DNA of 64,000 bases from a virus: UHGV virus genome UHGV-2113617. The stretch is one strand, 5' to 3'. The notes below the pieces were generated by a model that did not search any database, was not told where the DNA came from, and saw only the letters and a program-made list of their open reading frames with translations. Shown one piece after another: positions 1 to 9,951 of the stretch; position 1 is the stretch's first letter, and the number at the start of each line of letters is the position of its first letter. The position numbers and the translations under genes were made by a program.

Positions 1-821
1 AATTTAACCTTGAAGCCAAACCCATGCTCACCACAAGCATCATCCCATGTAATGAAGCCTTTATCTTCAAGCTGGTCTAAGATTTTACTCACGTAAGTTT
101 CACGATCATACTTATATGGAATTTCAGTGATATGCATTTGGGTTCGTGAAATAAACTTGTACGTTCCACGAATTTCATATTGACCATCAATTTCAACGAC
201 TTCACCACGAAATTCTGGGAATTCTACCTTCGGTTTAGTTACTTTCTTTCCTTGAAGAGCTTGTAGTACAGCTTTCTTGACAGAAGAAACACTATGAGGA
301 AGAATGTAAGTTGCATAACCAGTTGCAATACCGGAAACACCATTAAGAAGAACGGTAGGAATAATAGGCAAATAGAAAGCAGGCGGAATGTGTTCTTTAT
401 CTTGATGTACCGGAGCATATTCAGTATCTTTATATACGCTATAGAAATTTTTACTTACACGAGCAAAAATATAACGACTTGCCGCTGCTTTTTGAACGGT
501 ACGAGAACCAAAGTTTCCTTGACCATCTAACAAAGGAAAGTTATTATTCCAAGTGTTAGCCATCAAAGCCCCTGCATCTTGCGCAGAGTTTTCACCATGA
601 TGATATCCAAGGTCAGCTACACCACCTGCAATAGAAGCAAGTTTGTGAAACTTATCTTTATTTCCTCGTGCTAAATCAAGGGCTCGAGCAATAACAAACC
701 GTTGAACTGGCTTAAATCCATCAATCATATTTGGAATAGCACGATTTTCAACCGTGTACATAGCATAAGCCAATGCTTCATTATCAATGATACTTTTTAA
801 ATCGCGATTATTCAGTTGCAT
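1..821 (-). CDS. 52: DNA topoisomerase II medium subunit (GyrA-like); 3' end runs off window start
   Basis: Minus ORF open to window edge; ATG at 819-821; N-term MQLNNRDLKSIIDNEALAYAMYTVENRAIPNMIDGFKPVQRF matches T4 gp52 as recalled; sits next to ndd as in T4. Confidence 0.85.
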   Translation of the reverse strand, partial: MQLNNRDLKSIIDNEALAYAMYTVENRAIPNMIDGFKPVQRFVIARALDLARGNKDKFHKLASIAGGVADLGYHHGENSAQDAGALMANTWNNNFPLLDGQGNFGSRTVQKAAASRYIFARVSKNFYSVYKDTEYAPVHQDKEHIPPAFYLPIIPTVLLNGVSGIATGYATYILPHSVSSVKKAVLQALQGKKVTKPKVEFPEFRGEVVEIDGQYEIRGTYKFISRTQMHITEIPYKYDRETYVSKILDQLEDKGFITWDDACGEHGFGFKVK

Positions 822-825
822 AAAT

Positions 826-966
826 TTACCATACTAGTGAATGTAGTGCCATAATAACATCAGAAATGAAAAGCACGACTTGAATTAATCCGAACATTAC
901 TCCATAATATAGTGCTACCAATAAAGTAGCAAGGGCTAATGAATAGCCCAAGATTTTCTTAATCAT
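826..966 (-). CDS. small hydrophobic peptide (46 aa), positional candidate for the T4 ac/stp region
   Basis: ATG 964-966, stop 826-828; MIKKILGYSLALATLLVALYYGVMFGLIQVVLF; below ORF-track size cutoff; found by manual translation. Confidence 0.35.
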   Translation of the reverse strand: MIKKILGYSLALATLLVALYYGVMFGLIQVVLFISDVIMALHSLVW

Positions 967-1117
967 TGGTAGATAACAACACAAATGTTAAATATGCACA
1001 CATACCCTGGGCTAAAGCTTGTGAAAACACACTGCTAGCATCGATACAGATAGTTAAAACACATGCTACTATCCAACAAATAAATGAAATAACTCCTAAT
1101 AGTTTTGCAATATTCAT
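959..1117 (-). CDS. small membrane peptide (52 aa), ac-like by size and position
   Basis: ATG 1115-1117 preceded by GAGGAAAAT SD; MNIAKLLGVISFICWIVACVLTICIDASS; below ORF-track cutoff. Confidence 0.4.
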   Translation of the reverse strand: MNIAKLLGVISFICWIVACVLTICIDASSVFSQALAQGMCAYLTFVLLSTND

Positions 1118-1204
1118 ATTTTCCTCACTGGCGTCCGAAGACGCCTTTAGTTTTAAGATTGTTACGATAGAACTGCATTACATGTTCGTTATGGAAATTA
1201 CTCA

Positions 1205-1660
1205 TTAGTATGCCTGCAAAACAAATTTAAAGTTATCAGCCAACATACGATTCATTTCTTCAAGCGTTTGATACTCAGAATGATGATTACGAGTAAACGC
1301 TAAAGCTAACTGACCTTTTCCAAATCCCGTCGTCAGAGGTTTCATCTTAGAAGCAGGTAGATAAAATACCGTGTATGGAACATTGTTATTTGCAATAGTA
1401 CACGCAAGCTGAGATCGACGCTGGCGAATATGACTTAGAACTGCACTGAATCCTTGCTTAGAACGCTGATTACCTACATAAAATCGTGCAGATACACACG
1501 GACTATCAAATGGACCACCAAATTTACTCACTAAAAAGTAAAATCCAGGGTTAGACAAAATGTCTTTATGTGGAGTTCCAAAAACCCATTCACCGCCTTT
1601 GATTGTACCAATAACAGTAGCGCCTGCATTATTCAAATCAGTAACAGTCATATATTTCAT
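1205..1660 (-). CDS. ndd: nucleoid disruption protein Ndd
   Basis: 151 aa as T4 Ndd; ATG 1658-1660 with GAGGAA SD; N-term [19 protein letters not shown]. Confidence 0.8.
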
Positions 1661-1719
1661 GTTATTTTCCTCTAATTATTTTCTACTCCAAGGCCGCATG
1701 AATACACACGGCCGATAAA

Positions 1720-1935
1720 TTAATCGTCGCAGTCGACGCTCAATTCCCAGAACTCTTCTACAGTATAAGTTTCAGTATCATTTTCAATACAGAAACGTTC
1801 ATTACTGTTATTTGCTAAAGTAGCGTTAACTGTCATTTTCTCGCTAGTGCTTTTAAGAGGTGAAATACGAATTAACTGATCACCATTATCTAAACAGAAA
1901 ATTTCACCGACCTTTACATCTTTAAAAATTTTCAT
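1720..1935 (-). CDS. hypothetical protein (ndd.x region)
   Basis: ORF track 71 aa; start not verified. Confidence 0.45.
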   Translation of the reverse strand: MKIFKDVKVGEIFCLDNGDQLIRISPLKSTSEKMTVNATLANNSNERFCIENDTETYTVEEFWELSVDCDD

Positions 1936-2050
1936 AATTCACCTCAAGGAGTATAAAATCCAAACGCAGTTGTTGACCATCCCATCCAGTATGGGAAATT
2001 TGCACCAATGTAAAACATAAGAATATAAAACCAACCACTCAGCAAATTCA

Positions 2051-2248
2051 TCATTTTACACCATTCCAAATTGTTTCAACCACAGATTTTAAGCCATTTT
2101 GATGAATGTCCATTCCGACAACCGCCATCAAATAGATTCCAACCACAACTGAACCCAAGGCGAAAATCAGCATGAAAATGAATAAAGCTGGAAAAATATT
2201 ATCGAAAAACCATTCCATAAATGTAAAAGCACTACGTTTACGCTTCAT
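2051..2248 (-). CDS. small membrane protein (65 aa)
   Basis: Internal ATG preceded by GAGGAAAAT SD chosen over track start; two hydrophobic segments. Confidence 0.45.
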   Translation of the reverse strand: MKRKRSAFTFMEWFFDNIFPALFIFMLIFALGSVVVGIYLMAVVGMDIHQNGLKSVVETIWNGVK

Positions 2249-2255
2249 ATTTTCC

Positions 2256-2369
2256 TCACATAAATCCAAAGTAAGCGTTTAATACATCAATCATTAAAAC
2301 GATTGGGAATATACTCAAAACTACTAGTATTATAACTACATTCCATATAGCTTTAACAATCTTTTTCAT
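2256..2369 (-). CDS. small membrane peptide (37 aa)
   Basis: ATG 2367-2369 preceded by GGAGGAACAGAAA; the longer track ORF (to 2504) overlaps the early promoter at 2394-2427, so the short form is preferred. Confidence 0.4.
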   Translation of the reverse strand: MKKIVKAIWNVVIILVVLSIFPIVLMIDVLNAYFGFM

Positions 2370-2393
2370 TTTCTGTTCCTCCGTAGTTGATAG

Positions 2394-2427
2394 GGTAATA
2401 ATACCACAGAGGAACAGTCTTGTAAAC
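2394..2427 (-). promoter_or_regulatory. early promoter (GTTTAC -35, TGGTAtTAT -10)
   Basis: Minus strand reads GTTTACAagactgttcctctgtggTATTAT followed by SD and ATG at 2369. Confidence 0.55.
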
Positions 2428-2612
2428 AACTTTTTTAAAAATATTCGTAATAAATGTGAATACCAATCACTACTGCCGAAACTTGTGCAACCCACCACGC
2501 ACAAGCAATAAGTACAGAATTCAAAATTTTCATAATAACCTCATCACAAAAGTAAATGTTAAACAAATTAATGGAATACTAATTAACCAAATAAAACACC
2601 ACCACAATGAAC

Positions 2613-2876
2613 TCATAGTTCAATCTCAGCGATTTTCATTTCATTACTATTAATAGCCGCTTTAAGACTATCTGAAAGAATTACATCCCAGTGGTCATTC
2701 ATATGACCATTAACTAAGCGTGTAATTTCTTCGGGAGTTGAAAAATAAGGTGTATCAGACTCCCAGTGCGATAGTCCCAAGCGAGTATAAATCATACCTT
2801 CATCATCGCTAGAATATTCAATTGACACAAACTCATCAGTTATTTTATGTTTAGCGTAATAAAATTTAAATTTCAT
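2613..2876 (-). CDS. hypothetical protein (87 aa)
   Basis: ATG 2874-2876 preceded by GGAGGAG SD; track ORF trimmed because its 5' part overlaps the promoter at 2901-2933. Confidence 0.5.
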   Translation of the reverse strand: MKFKFYYAKHKITDEFVSIEYSSDDEGMIYTRLGLSHWESDTPYFSTPEEITRLVNGHMNDHWDVILSDSLKAAINSNEMKIAEIEL

Positions 2877-2900
2877 TTTTACTCCTCCGTAGCTGATAGT

Positions 2901-2933
2901 TGTATAGTACCACAGTCCTTGTGGTATGTAAAC
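2901..2933 (-). promoter_or_regulatory. early promoter
   Basis: GTTTACAtaccacaaggactgtggTACTAT, then CGGAGGAG SD and ATG at 2876. Confidence 0.55.
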
Positions 2934-2950
2934 TGTTTTGTGAAAATTTT

Positions 2951-3508
2951 TTAAATGGAAAGATACCATCCGTCGTAGTTGCTTTTTCTTACAACCTTAC
3001 GAAGGTCTTCTCTATCACCGATGAACTTCGGAGTGTACTGGATGACACCTGGATGAATTTCTTTAGTGTTGAATATAATTATACAGTCAGCGACCTGATG
3101 ATTTAGAATGGGCCCTAGATTTATTCCAGAACCGTATGGATACTCTCCACTGCATCCGGTTGTTACCGAAATCCAACGTGAGTCAGTTTGATGTGTCTTA
3201 ACTTCTACACGAAGCCCGCAGTATTTTGGATGCGCCAGTACATCCCACGCATATGTATACGGGTCATTAACATCCTCTTGGCCTTTGTTAACATACCCGC
3301 TTAGCCAATCTGCTACAAAAAATTCTGCGTACACAGCGATACGGCATCTTTCAATAACTTCTGCTTTATCCTGGTTCGGGTTTTGTTTTAAAGAGTATCT
3401 TGCTGTATCAGCAATTTTGACCTTCATTTCACTAGTCAAATCATTGTTCGATAGGGTAAATGTCGGAATCTGAAATAGTCTCTGTAAACCCGGATTCGTT
3501 TTCTGCAT
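2951..3508 (-). CDS. denB: endonuclease IV (DenB)
   Basis: 185 aa as T4 DenB; ATG 3506-3508; position between ndd block and rIIB. Confidence 0.8.
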   Translation of the reverse strand: MQKTNPGLQRLFQIPTFTLSNNDLTSEMKVKIADTARYSLKQNPNQDKAEVIERCRIAVYAEFFVADWLSGYVNKGQEDVNDPYTYAWDVLAHPKYCGLRVEVKTHQTDSRWISVTTGCSGEYPYGSGINLGPILNHQVADCIIIFNTKEIHPGVIQYTPKFIGDREDLRKVVRKSNYDGWYLSI

Positions 3509-3770
3509 TTAGACTTTCCTTTTTACCGCTGAGATAAGCGTTATATACTTTAAGAGTACCATAATAAATTCTGTCATTTTCATCTAAAGACTCACGGTCG
3601 AGTTCATCGAGTTCCTTTTTATCCATGACTATAACATCATTACAGTAAAGAAACCCAAGTTTTTCGTGACCAAACTCAAATTTATTGCAGTACACAATAT
3701 TAGCGTGATGATTTCCGTGTAGATTAATCTCTTTTATGTCGGAATCACCGATATTCATACAATAAATCAT
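3441..3770 (-). CDS. hypothetical protein
   Basis: ORF track 109 aa; overlaps denB start so true start/extent uncertain. Confidence 0.4.
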   Translation of the reverse strand: MIYCMNIGDSDIKEINLHGNHHANIVYCNKFEFGHEKLGFLYCNDVIVMDKKELDELDRESLDENDRIYYGTLKVYNAYLSGKKESLNAENESGFTETISDSDIYPIEQ

Positions 3771-3787
3771 AATTTCCCTTAAAACAA

Positions 3788-3803
3788 AAGGGCCGAAGCC
3801 CTT
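3788..3803 (-). terminator. UUCG-tetraloop hairpin with U-tract
   Basis: AAGGGCCGAAGCCCTT preceded on plus strand by an A-run. Confidence 0.5.
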
Positions 3804-3806
3804 ATT

Positions 3807-4001
3807 TTATTTGAATTGTGCAATTCTTTTTTCTAAACAATCTGCATAAGATTTCATTGAGGTAAATTGTGAAAGCAGCAGTTCTTGCTCAACTTCATTA
3901 ATCGTTAGAAACTTTGTGCTTTCTAAAAATTTGCTCAGTGCATTAATTTTGAGCATTAATTGATCGTATTCTTCTTTTACTCGTGCTTGATAACCTAACA
4001 T
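3807..4001 (-). CDS. hypothetical protein (64 aa)
   Basis: ORF track; flanked by GGGCCGAAGCCC hairpins at 3790-3801 and 4008-4019. Confidence 0.45.
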   Translation of the reverse strand: MLGYQARVKEEYDQLMLKINALSKFLESTKFLTINEVEQELLLSQFTSMKSYADCLEKRIAQFK

Positions 4002-4004
4002 AAT

Positions 4005-4022
4005 TTTCCTTAGTTAAGGGCC
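4005..4022 (-). other. UUCG-tetraloop hairpin after rIIB (weak U-tract)
   Basis: TAAGGGCCGAAGCCCTTA. Confidence 0.45.
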
Positions 4023-4029
4023 GAAGCCC

Positions 4030-4968
4030 TTATTTAAATTGTTCAGTAACGTCTTCAACTACTTCGTATTGGCAGGTACGCATTTTAGCATCGTTGTAAT
4101 CAATCGGAATTGATACTACATCACGCGGATGCACTTTAACTTTTACAACTCGACTGGTTGAACTGCCAAAGTGACGAATATAAGATTTAGAACACACATG
4201 CAGACCACGAGAACAAGTTTGTGTATCATCGTCATTCACACGAGTACGTGGCATTTTAACTACTTTACCAGGGCTGTTATCAAAAGTATTTGAATGACAG
4301 TCAAAGTAATTGCTGCGAACTACTTTCCAAGCATAGAAGTAGCCGTCTTCTGTAATTTCAATATCGTTTGCTACCAAGAAATCAAAGAGTCGAGATACTG
4401 CTTTTTGGCTTGGGTTTTCCAGCAGATTTTCCAGGAATGGAAAATAAAATTCAAAGTTTTCACCTTTTTCCATCGAATCGAGAATACGATCAACTAAACC
4501 AGACCGCAATTCAATATTTTGATAGAACAGGCTTCCACCTTCAATTCGAACATCGCCGGAAATATATTTTTCAACAGCGCGACGAACATTAATTTTTTGT
4601 GCCGCTTCTTCCAATTTATCTGCAACAAGCAGATTAAGAATTTCCTGGAAGTTTGAATGAGTATTAGGAGTTGCGTTATAAGTTACGCCATCAACAGTAA
4701 TTGAAATGAATTTTTTAGATGCATTCCAAATAATGTCAGATTTAGCAACTGGAGCAATAACTGCATCACTCTTAACTTCAACTGTAATGTCACCGCTAAT
4801 GGTAACTTTGGAGCGCTCAGCTTCTTCAGCATTTTTCAAAACACGACGGATGGTATCAACCGATACACCTTGCCAATCAGCCAATTCCTGCTGAGTATAA
4901 TTACCACTTGAATACAGTTTGACAATTTCAGCTTGTTCGTTTTTGGTCAGGCATTTAATATTGTACAT
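4030..4968 (-). CDS. rIIB: rIIB membrane-associated protein
   Basis: 312 aa as T4 rIIB; ATG 4966-4968; N-term MYNIKCLTKNEQAEIVKLYSSGNYTQQELADWQG; adjacent to rIIA. Confidence 0.9.
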   Translation of the reverse strand: MYNIKCLTKNEQAEIVKLYSSGNYTQQELADWQGVSVDTIRRVLKNAEEAERSKVTISGDITVEVKSDAVIAPVAKSDIIWNASKKFISITVDGVTYNATPNTHSNFQEILNLLVADKLEEAAQKINVRRAVEKYISGDVRIEGGSLFYQNIELRSGLVDRILDSMEKGENFEFYFPFLENLLENPSQKAVSRLFDFLVANDIEITEDGYFYAWKVVRSNYFDCHSNTFDNSPGKVVKMPRTRVNDDDTQTCSRGLHVCSKSYIRHFGSSTSRVVKVKVHPRDVVSIPIDYNDAKMRTCQYEVVEDVTEQFK

Positions 4969-4979
4969 AATTTTCCTTA

Positions 4980-7157
4980 TTAGGCCGCAAGGGCCTTCAT
5001 AGTTTTAGCGATTTGGGAAACTTCATCATCACTTAAAGAATTGCGATAACCGATGAAGTCGGAAACAATACGGAATTTCTTGGTAAACTCAGCAACCATT
5101 TTATCACTGTTTTTTGAAGCATTATTTGATAATACATCAAAAAGATTAGTTACTGTCCAGATGTCATGACCGATGGTATCTTTTCCACCGTTGAAATATA
5201 CACCCTGTAATGAACTAACCATATTAGCGAGTCGTGTATATTCTTCAGAAACTTCATCTACACTGAAGTACTTCATCATAAAATCTAACTCAGGATACTT
5301 GATAATTTTATCAATATATCGTTTAGCTGAACTTGAATAACCTACATACTTATCATAATCTACATCATCAAAAGCATCTACATATAAATCACGCAAAGTT
5401 TCAAAAATACATTGGCACTGACCAAGTTCTTTTACCTTTTTCTGCAAAAGCGGACGAATAACATAAAATTCATTAATGCCAATAAGATTAGCCATACGAA
5501 TCAAAATATTCGTAGATGGATGACAAAGCGATGTAGTACCATCCATAGAGAAAATATCAGAACGATGCATGTATGCTACATAACCAGTAATTTCATCTGC
5601 TTCTGATGTGAGCGTAAACAATTCCTCTTTTTCCCAACGCCCGTCTTTAATTTCAAACTTAAATGCAGTGGCAGTTTTAGGACGAGGAGCTGTACTTTTT
5701 ACTGCCTTTGGAATATAACTTTTAACTAAAGCTTCAATTTCTGACAAATAATGAATGTTAACTTCATCACTTTCAAACATTGCCATAATATCAGGGAGTA
5801 AATCAATCTGTGATTCTACTTCCGGATTAATAAACAGAAGACGCTCATTGTGATGAATATTTAAGGTGTTATTAAATTCGCTATCATCTAATGCACGTGC
5901 TAATCCACGGACAATATTAACACGATTTTTAATATTATCAATAACAATATTAATTTTTGTCGTATTAATACCAAACAGACGATAACTTGATGCAACGGCT
6001 GAAGTTTCATGGCTTTGCTTAATGCGTTTCAGTCGAGGGTCAAGATTTACTTCATACACAACCCCTGCATTGCATAACTTACTGTCAGGTTCAAACATGC
6101 TCTGCATCTTCTTATATGACAGATTTTTAGTCGTGAATTTGACCGAATTACTAATCATATAATCTCGAGCAGAATATCCCATCTTCATCAATTCACGGTA
6201 TGTATGACGAGGAGATGTAGATTCTTTAAATCGTTTTACATCTTCATTAAATGCCTTCTCACTAAGCTCTTTAACACGCTCAATAATATTTTTACGAGTA
6301 CGATCATCTAGTGAAAGAGCTTCGCGTGATGGAGCAATATCAAGTGAACCCATTGGAAACTTAATGTAATTCACTTCATTGCGGATGCTTAACCAGTTAC
6401 GCTCTCTAATAACACCGTCAATAGGATAAACAATACCACCATAGATAGCGTACAATCCACCACGATCGGGCCAGTATCTTTCTGGATTTACGCCGTAATA
6501 GTCATCAAAATCAGGAAAATAATCAATTTCACGGTCAAGACCATTAATGATAGCCAAATCTTTGAATGGTCGCATGATATAAGAAACTTCATAAGCAAAG
6601 TTTCTAAAGTCTTTTTCTTCAACTGGAACTACGATTTCAATACCAGTTTTATCGTTTGGACCCATTTCTTTTACGAATGTAGGTTTAATCTGCGGACCGT
6701 CACCATCCATGTAAGCTACATAACCACGAATTTCACCTTTATGATATGAAGTAATACTAAATGTATCAGTATAACTAAACGGAGATTTAGAACCTAAACC
6801 AAATCCACCAATGAAATCGTTAGATTCAGCCTTAGATGAACTAAAGTATGAATTATACAACCCAGGAGAATTATCATCACCCTGAATATCAAAATCACTC
6901 ATACCTGGACCAAAATCTCGGCAAACAAATCGCGGATCTAATCGTCCTGGAACTTGTATGATAAATTTTTCAGGATTTCCATTAAGAGCATGGGCATCAA
7001 TCATGTTGGTAATCAATTCACGGACTACTGCGCGAATCTTGTTTGTATACAAATCAGATGACAGAATTTTAAATACTTTAGGAGATGCTGTGATGCTAAA
7101 TGCCTTTGATTTAGAACCGTTACCAAGAATAGTTTCTTTTTCAGTGGTGATAATCAT
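4980..7157 (-). CDS. rIIA: rIIA protein (GHKL ATPase-like N-terminal domain)
   Basis: 725 aa as T4 rIIA; ATG 7155-7157; N-term [29 protein letters not shown]. Confidence 0.9.
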   Translation of the reverse strand: MIITTEKETILGNGSKSKAFSITASPKVFKILSSDLYTNKIRAVVRELITNMIDAHALNGNPEKFIIQVPGRLDPRFVCRDFGPGMSDFDIQGDDNSPGLYNSYFSSSKAESNDFIGGFGLGSKSPFSYTDTFSITSYHKGEIRGYVAYMDGDGPQIKPTFVKEMGPNDKTGIEIVVPVEEKDFRNFAYEVSYIMRPFKDLAIINGLDREIDYFPDFDDYYGVNPERYWPDRGGLYAIYGGIVYPIDGVIRERNWLSIRNEVNYIKFPMGSLDIAPSREALSLDDRTRKNIIERVKELSEKAFNEDVKRFKESTSPRHTYRELMKMGYSARDYMISNSVKFTTKNLSYKKMQSMFEPDSKLCNAGVVYEVNLDPRLKRIKQSHETSAVASSYRLFGINTTKINIVIDNIKNRVNIVRGLARALDDSEFNNTLNIHHNERLLFINPEVESQIDLLPDIMAMFESDEVNIHYLSEIEALVKSYIPKAVKSTAPRPKTATAFKFEIKDGRWEKEELFTLTSEADEITGYVAYMHRSDIFSMDGTTSLCHPSTNILIRMANLIGINEFYVIRPLLQKKVKELGQCQCIFETLRDLYVDAFDDVDYDKYVGYSSSAKRYIDKIIKYPELDFMMKYFSVDEVSEEYTRLANMVSSLQGVYFNGGKDTIGHDIWTVTNLFDVLSNNASKNSDKMVAEFTKKFRIVSDFIGYRNSLSDDEVSQIAKTMKALAA
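4982..4996 (-). other. hairpin at rIIA 3' end
   Basis: AGGCCGCAAGGGCCT. Confidence 0.4.
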
Positions 7158-7167
7158 AATTTCCTCA

Positions 7168-7371
7168 TTAATTCATATTGCGTTTAATAACTTCAGCAAC
7201 TTCTAGTAGTTCATCTTTAGTTGCAGTGTCGGATTGAATTTTATCTCTAATATCCTTAAAGCGGTTTTTAAACTCTTCAGCTTCTCCCATATCGAAAAAG
7301 CGTTGAATGATTCTATATTCTCGATGAACTGCTTTATCAAAAAGTTCTAAATTTACTCTATATGATTTCAT
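7168..7371 (-). CDS. hypothetical protein, rIIA.1 position
   Basis: 67 aa; ATG 7369-7371 with GAGGA SD; immediately downstream of the early promoter at 7395-7426. Confidence 0.55.
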   Translation of the reverse strand: MKSYRVNLELFDKAVHREYRIIQRFFDMGEAEEFKNRFKDIRDKIQSDTATKDELLEVAEVIKRNMN

Positions 7372-7394
7372 TTCAATATCCTCATTTGCCCAAT

Positions 7395-7426
7395 TAATTA
7401 TACCACATCCTTGTGGTAAAGTAAAC
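7395..7426 (-). promoter_or_regulatory. early promoter upstream of rIIA.1 and rIIA
   Basis: GTTTACtttaccacaaggatgtggTATAAT; near-identical copy at 50919-50949. Confidence 0.6.
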
Positions 7427-9243
7427 TACTGGCTCATCCATTCTTTACGAAGGTCAGCATTATCTCCCATGAGCATTTCAAAAAGCTCTTTCCAGTTCTC
7501 AGGAAGTTTAACAACATCATATACTGGGTTTTGAATCATCTCACGATATTCAGATTTTTCCAAAGAGCCAAGTCCCTTAATATAACGGATGCTATGTTTA
7601 GGTAGAGCATCTTTGGCACTCTCATATTCAGCGACTGTATAAAACCATTCTTGTTTTTTACCGACCTGAGCGATGATTACAGGAGTTTTGACAAAGCGAA
7701 TTCTTCCTTGTTCAAACAATTCTGGCCAATTACTAAAAAATCCGAGCAGAGAAGGATAAATGCTTCCTAGACCATCATGGTCAGCATCAGTCATAATTGC
7801 AATATTATGATAATTCAAGTTTTCAGCTTTTTCACCAAGAACCAATCCAGTGATTGCGCAAATATCAAATAGTTCTTTGTTTTTAAGCATATCAGCATAT
7901 GACATACCCCAACTGTTAAGAACTTTACCACGCAATGGATAACCACCATGAAGTTCTTTATCACGAACATCAATAAGATATCCGATAGCAGAATCGCCCT
8001 CAGTCAAGAAAAGAGTAGTATCAGCATCTTTACCACAAAGATTCGCTTTAATATGTTTATGAACCTTAGCTTTAGAAGCCTTTTTAGCTGCTTTAGTTTC
8101 TGCTGCTTTTTCTGCCGCCAATTTACGAGCCAAGGCAGCTTCAATGATTGGCATTAAAATTGCTTCATTATTTAAAATAGCACGTGAAATCTTTTTAGCA
8201 TCAAGCTGAATATGACTACGGATTTCTCCAAATGGAGAAGTCAAACGCTCTTTAGTTTGAGAATCAAATCGCATGTTTTTCATATCACGAACAAACATAA
8301 CGATAGTCAAACATTCTTTGACACGTGCTTTAGTTACATCAATTTTGAATTTACGTTTGATTTGTGGAATAAGGTCTTCACAAATATCATCCATAACGCA
8401 GTCAATGTGATGGCCACCATTCTTAGTATGAATGTTATTGACGTATGTTAATTGACGAAAACCATCCGGTGAACGACCAACCGCAATAGAACAATTTTCT
8501 TGTTCTTGAACGATAGCATGTTCATCATATTGGCGTGCATATTTCTTAAAATTACCTTGAACCTTTTTACCATTAAAGGTAAATTGAATATCAGGATAAA
8601 CTACTGCAAGTGTCTGGAGACGATCCAGTGTAATATCAAGATAAACCTGAGATAGCTCATTAGTTTCAAATGACATAAAATCAGGTATGAAAGTAACGCG
8701 AGTTCCTTTCCATTTTCCAGGAATATCTTCCCATGATTTATTTTCCATGCCGTTTGAACAACGAACTACAATATTATTTTGACCGTCGCCAGTTTCACCG
8801 ACAAACATCACAGAAAAAATGTTGGTTAAACTAGAACCAACACCGTTCATACCACCAGTGACGCGTTCTTTATCATCACCAAAGTTACCACCTGCTTTTG
8901 GAATAGTCCATGCAGCAACTGGACCAGGAATTTCTTCACCAGTAGGTGTTTTAACCATAGCCTGTGGAATACCACGACCATTATCTTCAACTGTTACTTG
9001 ATTGTTTTTGATAGTAACATTAATTTTATTTGCGAATTTAAACTTAGTACGAATACCTTCATCTACTGAGTTATCGATAATTTCATCAATAAGCTTAACA
9101 AGACCAGGTACATACTGAACACTTTCCCATTTACCAAACAGAAAGCGCTCATGCATTTCATTAGCAGAAGAGCCAATATACATGCCACTACGCTTTTTGA
9201 TATGTTCAATATCGCTCAGAATTTTAATTTCATTCTTAATCAT
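7426..9243 (-). CDS. 39: DNA topoisomerase II large subunit, unsplit (GyrB-like ATPase plus TOPRIM)
   Basis: 605 aa from ATG 9241-9243 (MIKNEIKIL...); single ORF, with no separate gene 60 or bypass element. Confidence 0.9.
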   Translation of the reverse strand: MIKNEIKILSDIEHIKKRSGMYIGSSANEMHERFLFGKWESVQYVPGLVKLIDEIIDNSVDEGIRTKFKFANKINVTIKNNQVTVEDNGRGIPQAMVKTPTGEEIPGPVAAWTIPKAGGNFGDDKERVTGGMNGVGSSLTNIFSVMFVGETGDGQNNIVVRCSNGMENKSWEDIPGKWKGTRVTFIPDFMSFETNELSQVYLDITLDRLQTLAVVYPDIQFTFNGKKVQGNFKKYARQYDEHAIVQEQENCSIAVGRSPDGFRQLTYVNNIHTKNGGHHIDCVMDDICEDLIPQIKRKFKIDVTKARVKECLTIVMFVRDMKNMRFDSQTKERLTSPFGEIRSHIQLDAKKISRAILNNEAILMPIIEAALARKLAAEKAAETKAAKKASKAKVHKHIKANLCGKDADTTLFLTEGDSAIGYLIDVRDKELHGGYPLRGKVLNSWGMSYADMLKNKELFDICAITGLVLGEKAENLNYHNIAIMTDADHDGLGSIYPSLLGFFSNWPELFEQGRIRFVKTPVIIAQVGKKQEWFYTVAEYESAKDALPKHSIRYIKGLGSLEKSEYREMIQNPVYDVVKLPENWKELFEMLMGDNADLRKEWMSQ

Positions 9244-9264
9244 CACTTATCCTCGTTTGGTTTC

Positions 9265-9292
9265 GGGAATATTATACTCCGGTAATCATAAA
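9265..9292 (-). promoter_or_regulatory. possible middle promoter upstream of gene 39
   Basis: aGCTTTA box, 12-nt spacer, TATAAT (GGAGTATAAT) about 30 nt before gp39 ATG; one mismatch in MotA box. Confidence 0.35.
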
Positions 9293-9295
9293 GCT

Positions 9296-9314
9296 AAAGG
9301 CCCGAAGGCCTTTT
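9296..9314 (-). other. UUCG-tetraloop hairpin between 39.1 and gene 39
   Basis: AAAGGCCCGAAGGCCTTTT. Confidence 0.45.
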
Positions 9315-9585
9315 ATTTAAAACGGATAGTCGAATCCTTGAAGAATAGACCAGAACATACTGTTCCTTCTACTTTCTGCCCGGTAGGTCCAATAGCACGA
9401 AATCCAGTATGCTGGAAATCATTTTCAGAGCAACCGAACCAATTATATCCAGTGATTTCAATATTAGTAAAACCGCTTGAAGACAAAACTTTGGTTGCAT
9501 TATCAGCATCAGTACATCCTACTAAAGATACTGCTAATACTAATGCCGCGATAGAACGATTAACATATTTCATAATTTCACTCAA
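9313..9585 (-). CDS. putative lipoprotein (39.1 position)
   Basis: ORF track 90 aa; signal-like MKYVNRSIAALVLAVSLVGC (lipobox LVGC). Confidence 0.5.
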   Translation of the reverse strand: MSEIMKYVNRSIAALVLAVSLVGCTDADNATKVLSSSGFTNIEITGYNWFGCSENDFQHTGFRAIGPTGQKVEGTVCSGLFFKDSTIRFK

Positions 9586-9949
9586 ATTTAATGGCTTGAA
9601 GGAGACTAATAATTCTCAAGCGACTTCTTTCATCTTTAACTGTAAAAGAAAGAGGGTCACCAGATTTCATAGTGATAGTGCATTCAAAATCAAAATCTTC
9701 TGTAACTTCTTCGAAGAAGTCAAATTCTTCATCATAAATTAGAACATTACTCTGAAAACTATGAAGAATTTTTCCATCATTTCCAGATGCTGTACTAATC
9801 ATTGTAACATTATGGCCTTTCATATCTTCAACGATAAATTCGCTTGTAGATATTACAGTATTAATAGAACTATTCCTATAAATAGAAGAAAGTAGATATT
9901 TCTTTTCTTCACCTTCGCGAACACGATATTTCTTACCGATTTTAAACAT
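9578..9949 (-). CDS. hypothetical protein
   Basis: ORF track 123 aa; ATG 9947-9949. Confidence 0.5.
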   Translation of the reverse strand: MFKIGKKYRVREGEEKKYLLSSIYRNSSINTVISTSEFIVEDMKGHNVTMISTASGNDGKILHSFQSNVLIYDEEFDFFEEVTEDFDFECTITMKSGDPLSFTVKDERSRLRIISLLQAIKFE

Positions 9950-9951
9950 AA

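Noticed and set aside
294-530. Plus-strand ORFs inside other named genes (294-530, 4294-4894, 7948-9001, 14712-15626, 23304-23534, 25323-26088, 29237-30535, 47996-48373 and similar)
   Set aside because: All lie antisense within confidently identified minus-strand genes and lack ribosome-binding sites.
2256-2504. Long forms of track ORFs that run through early promoters (2256-2504, 2613-2969, 12243-12794, 49890-50921, 55646-55840, 59624-59857)
   Set aside because: The track accepts TTG/GTG starts and open frames upstream of the promoter; downstream ATGs with SD sequences were used instead.
9182-9742. Plus-strand ORF of 186 aa from the track
   Set aside because: Lies antisense across the gene 39 start and two well-packed minus-strand ORFs; no RBS; low-complexity composition typical of antisense frames in AT-rich DNA.
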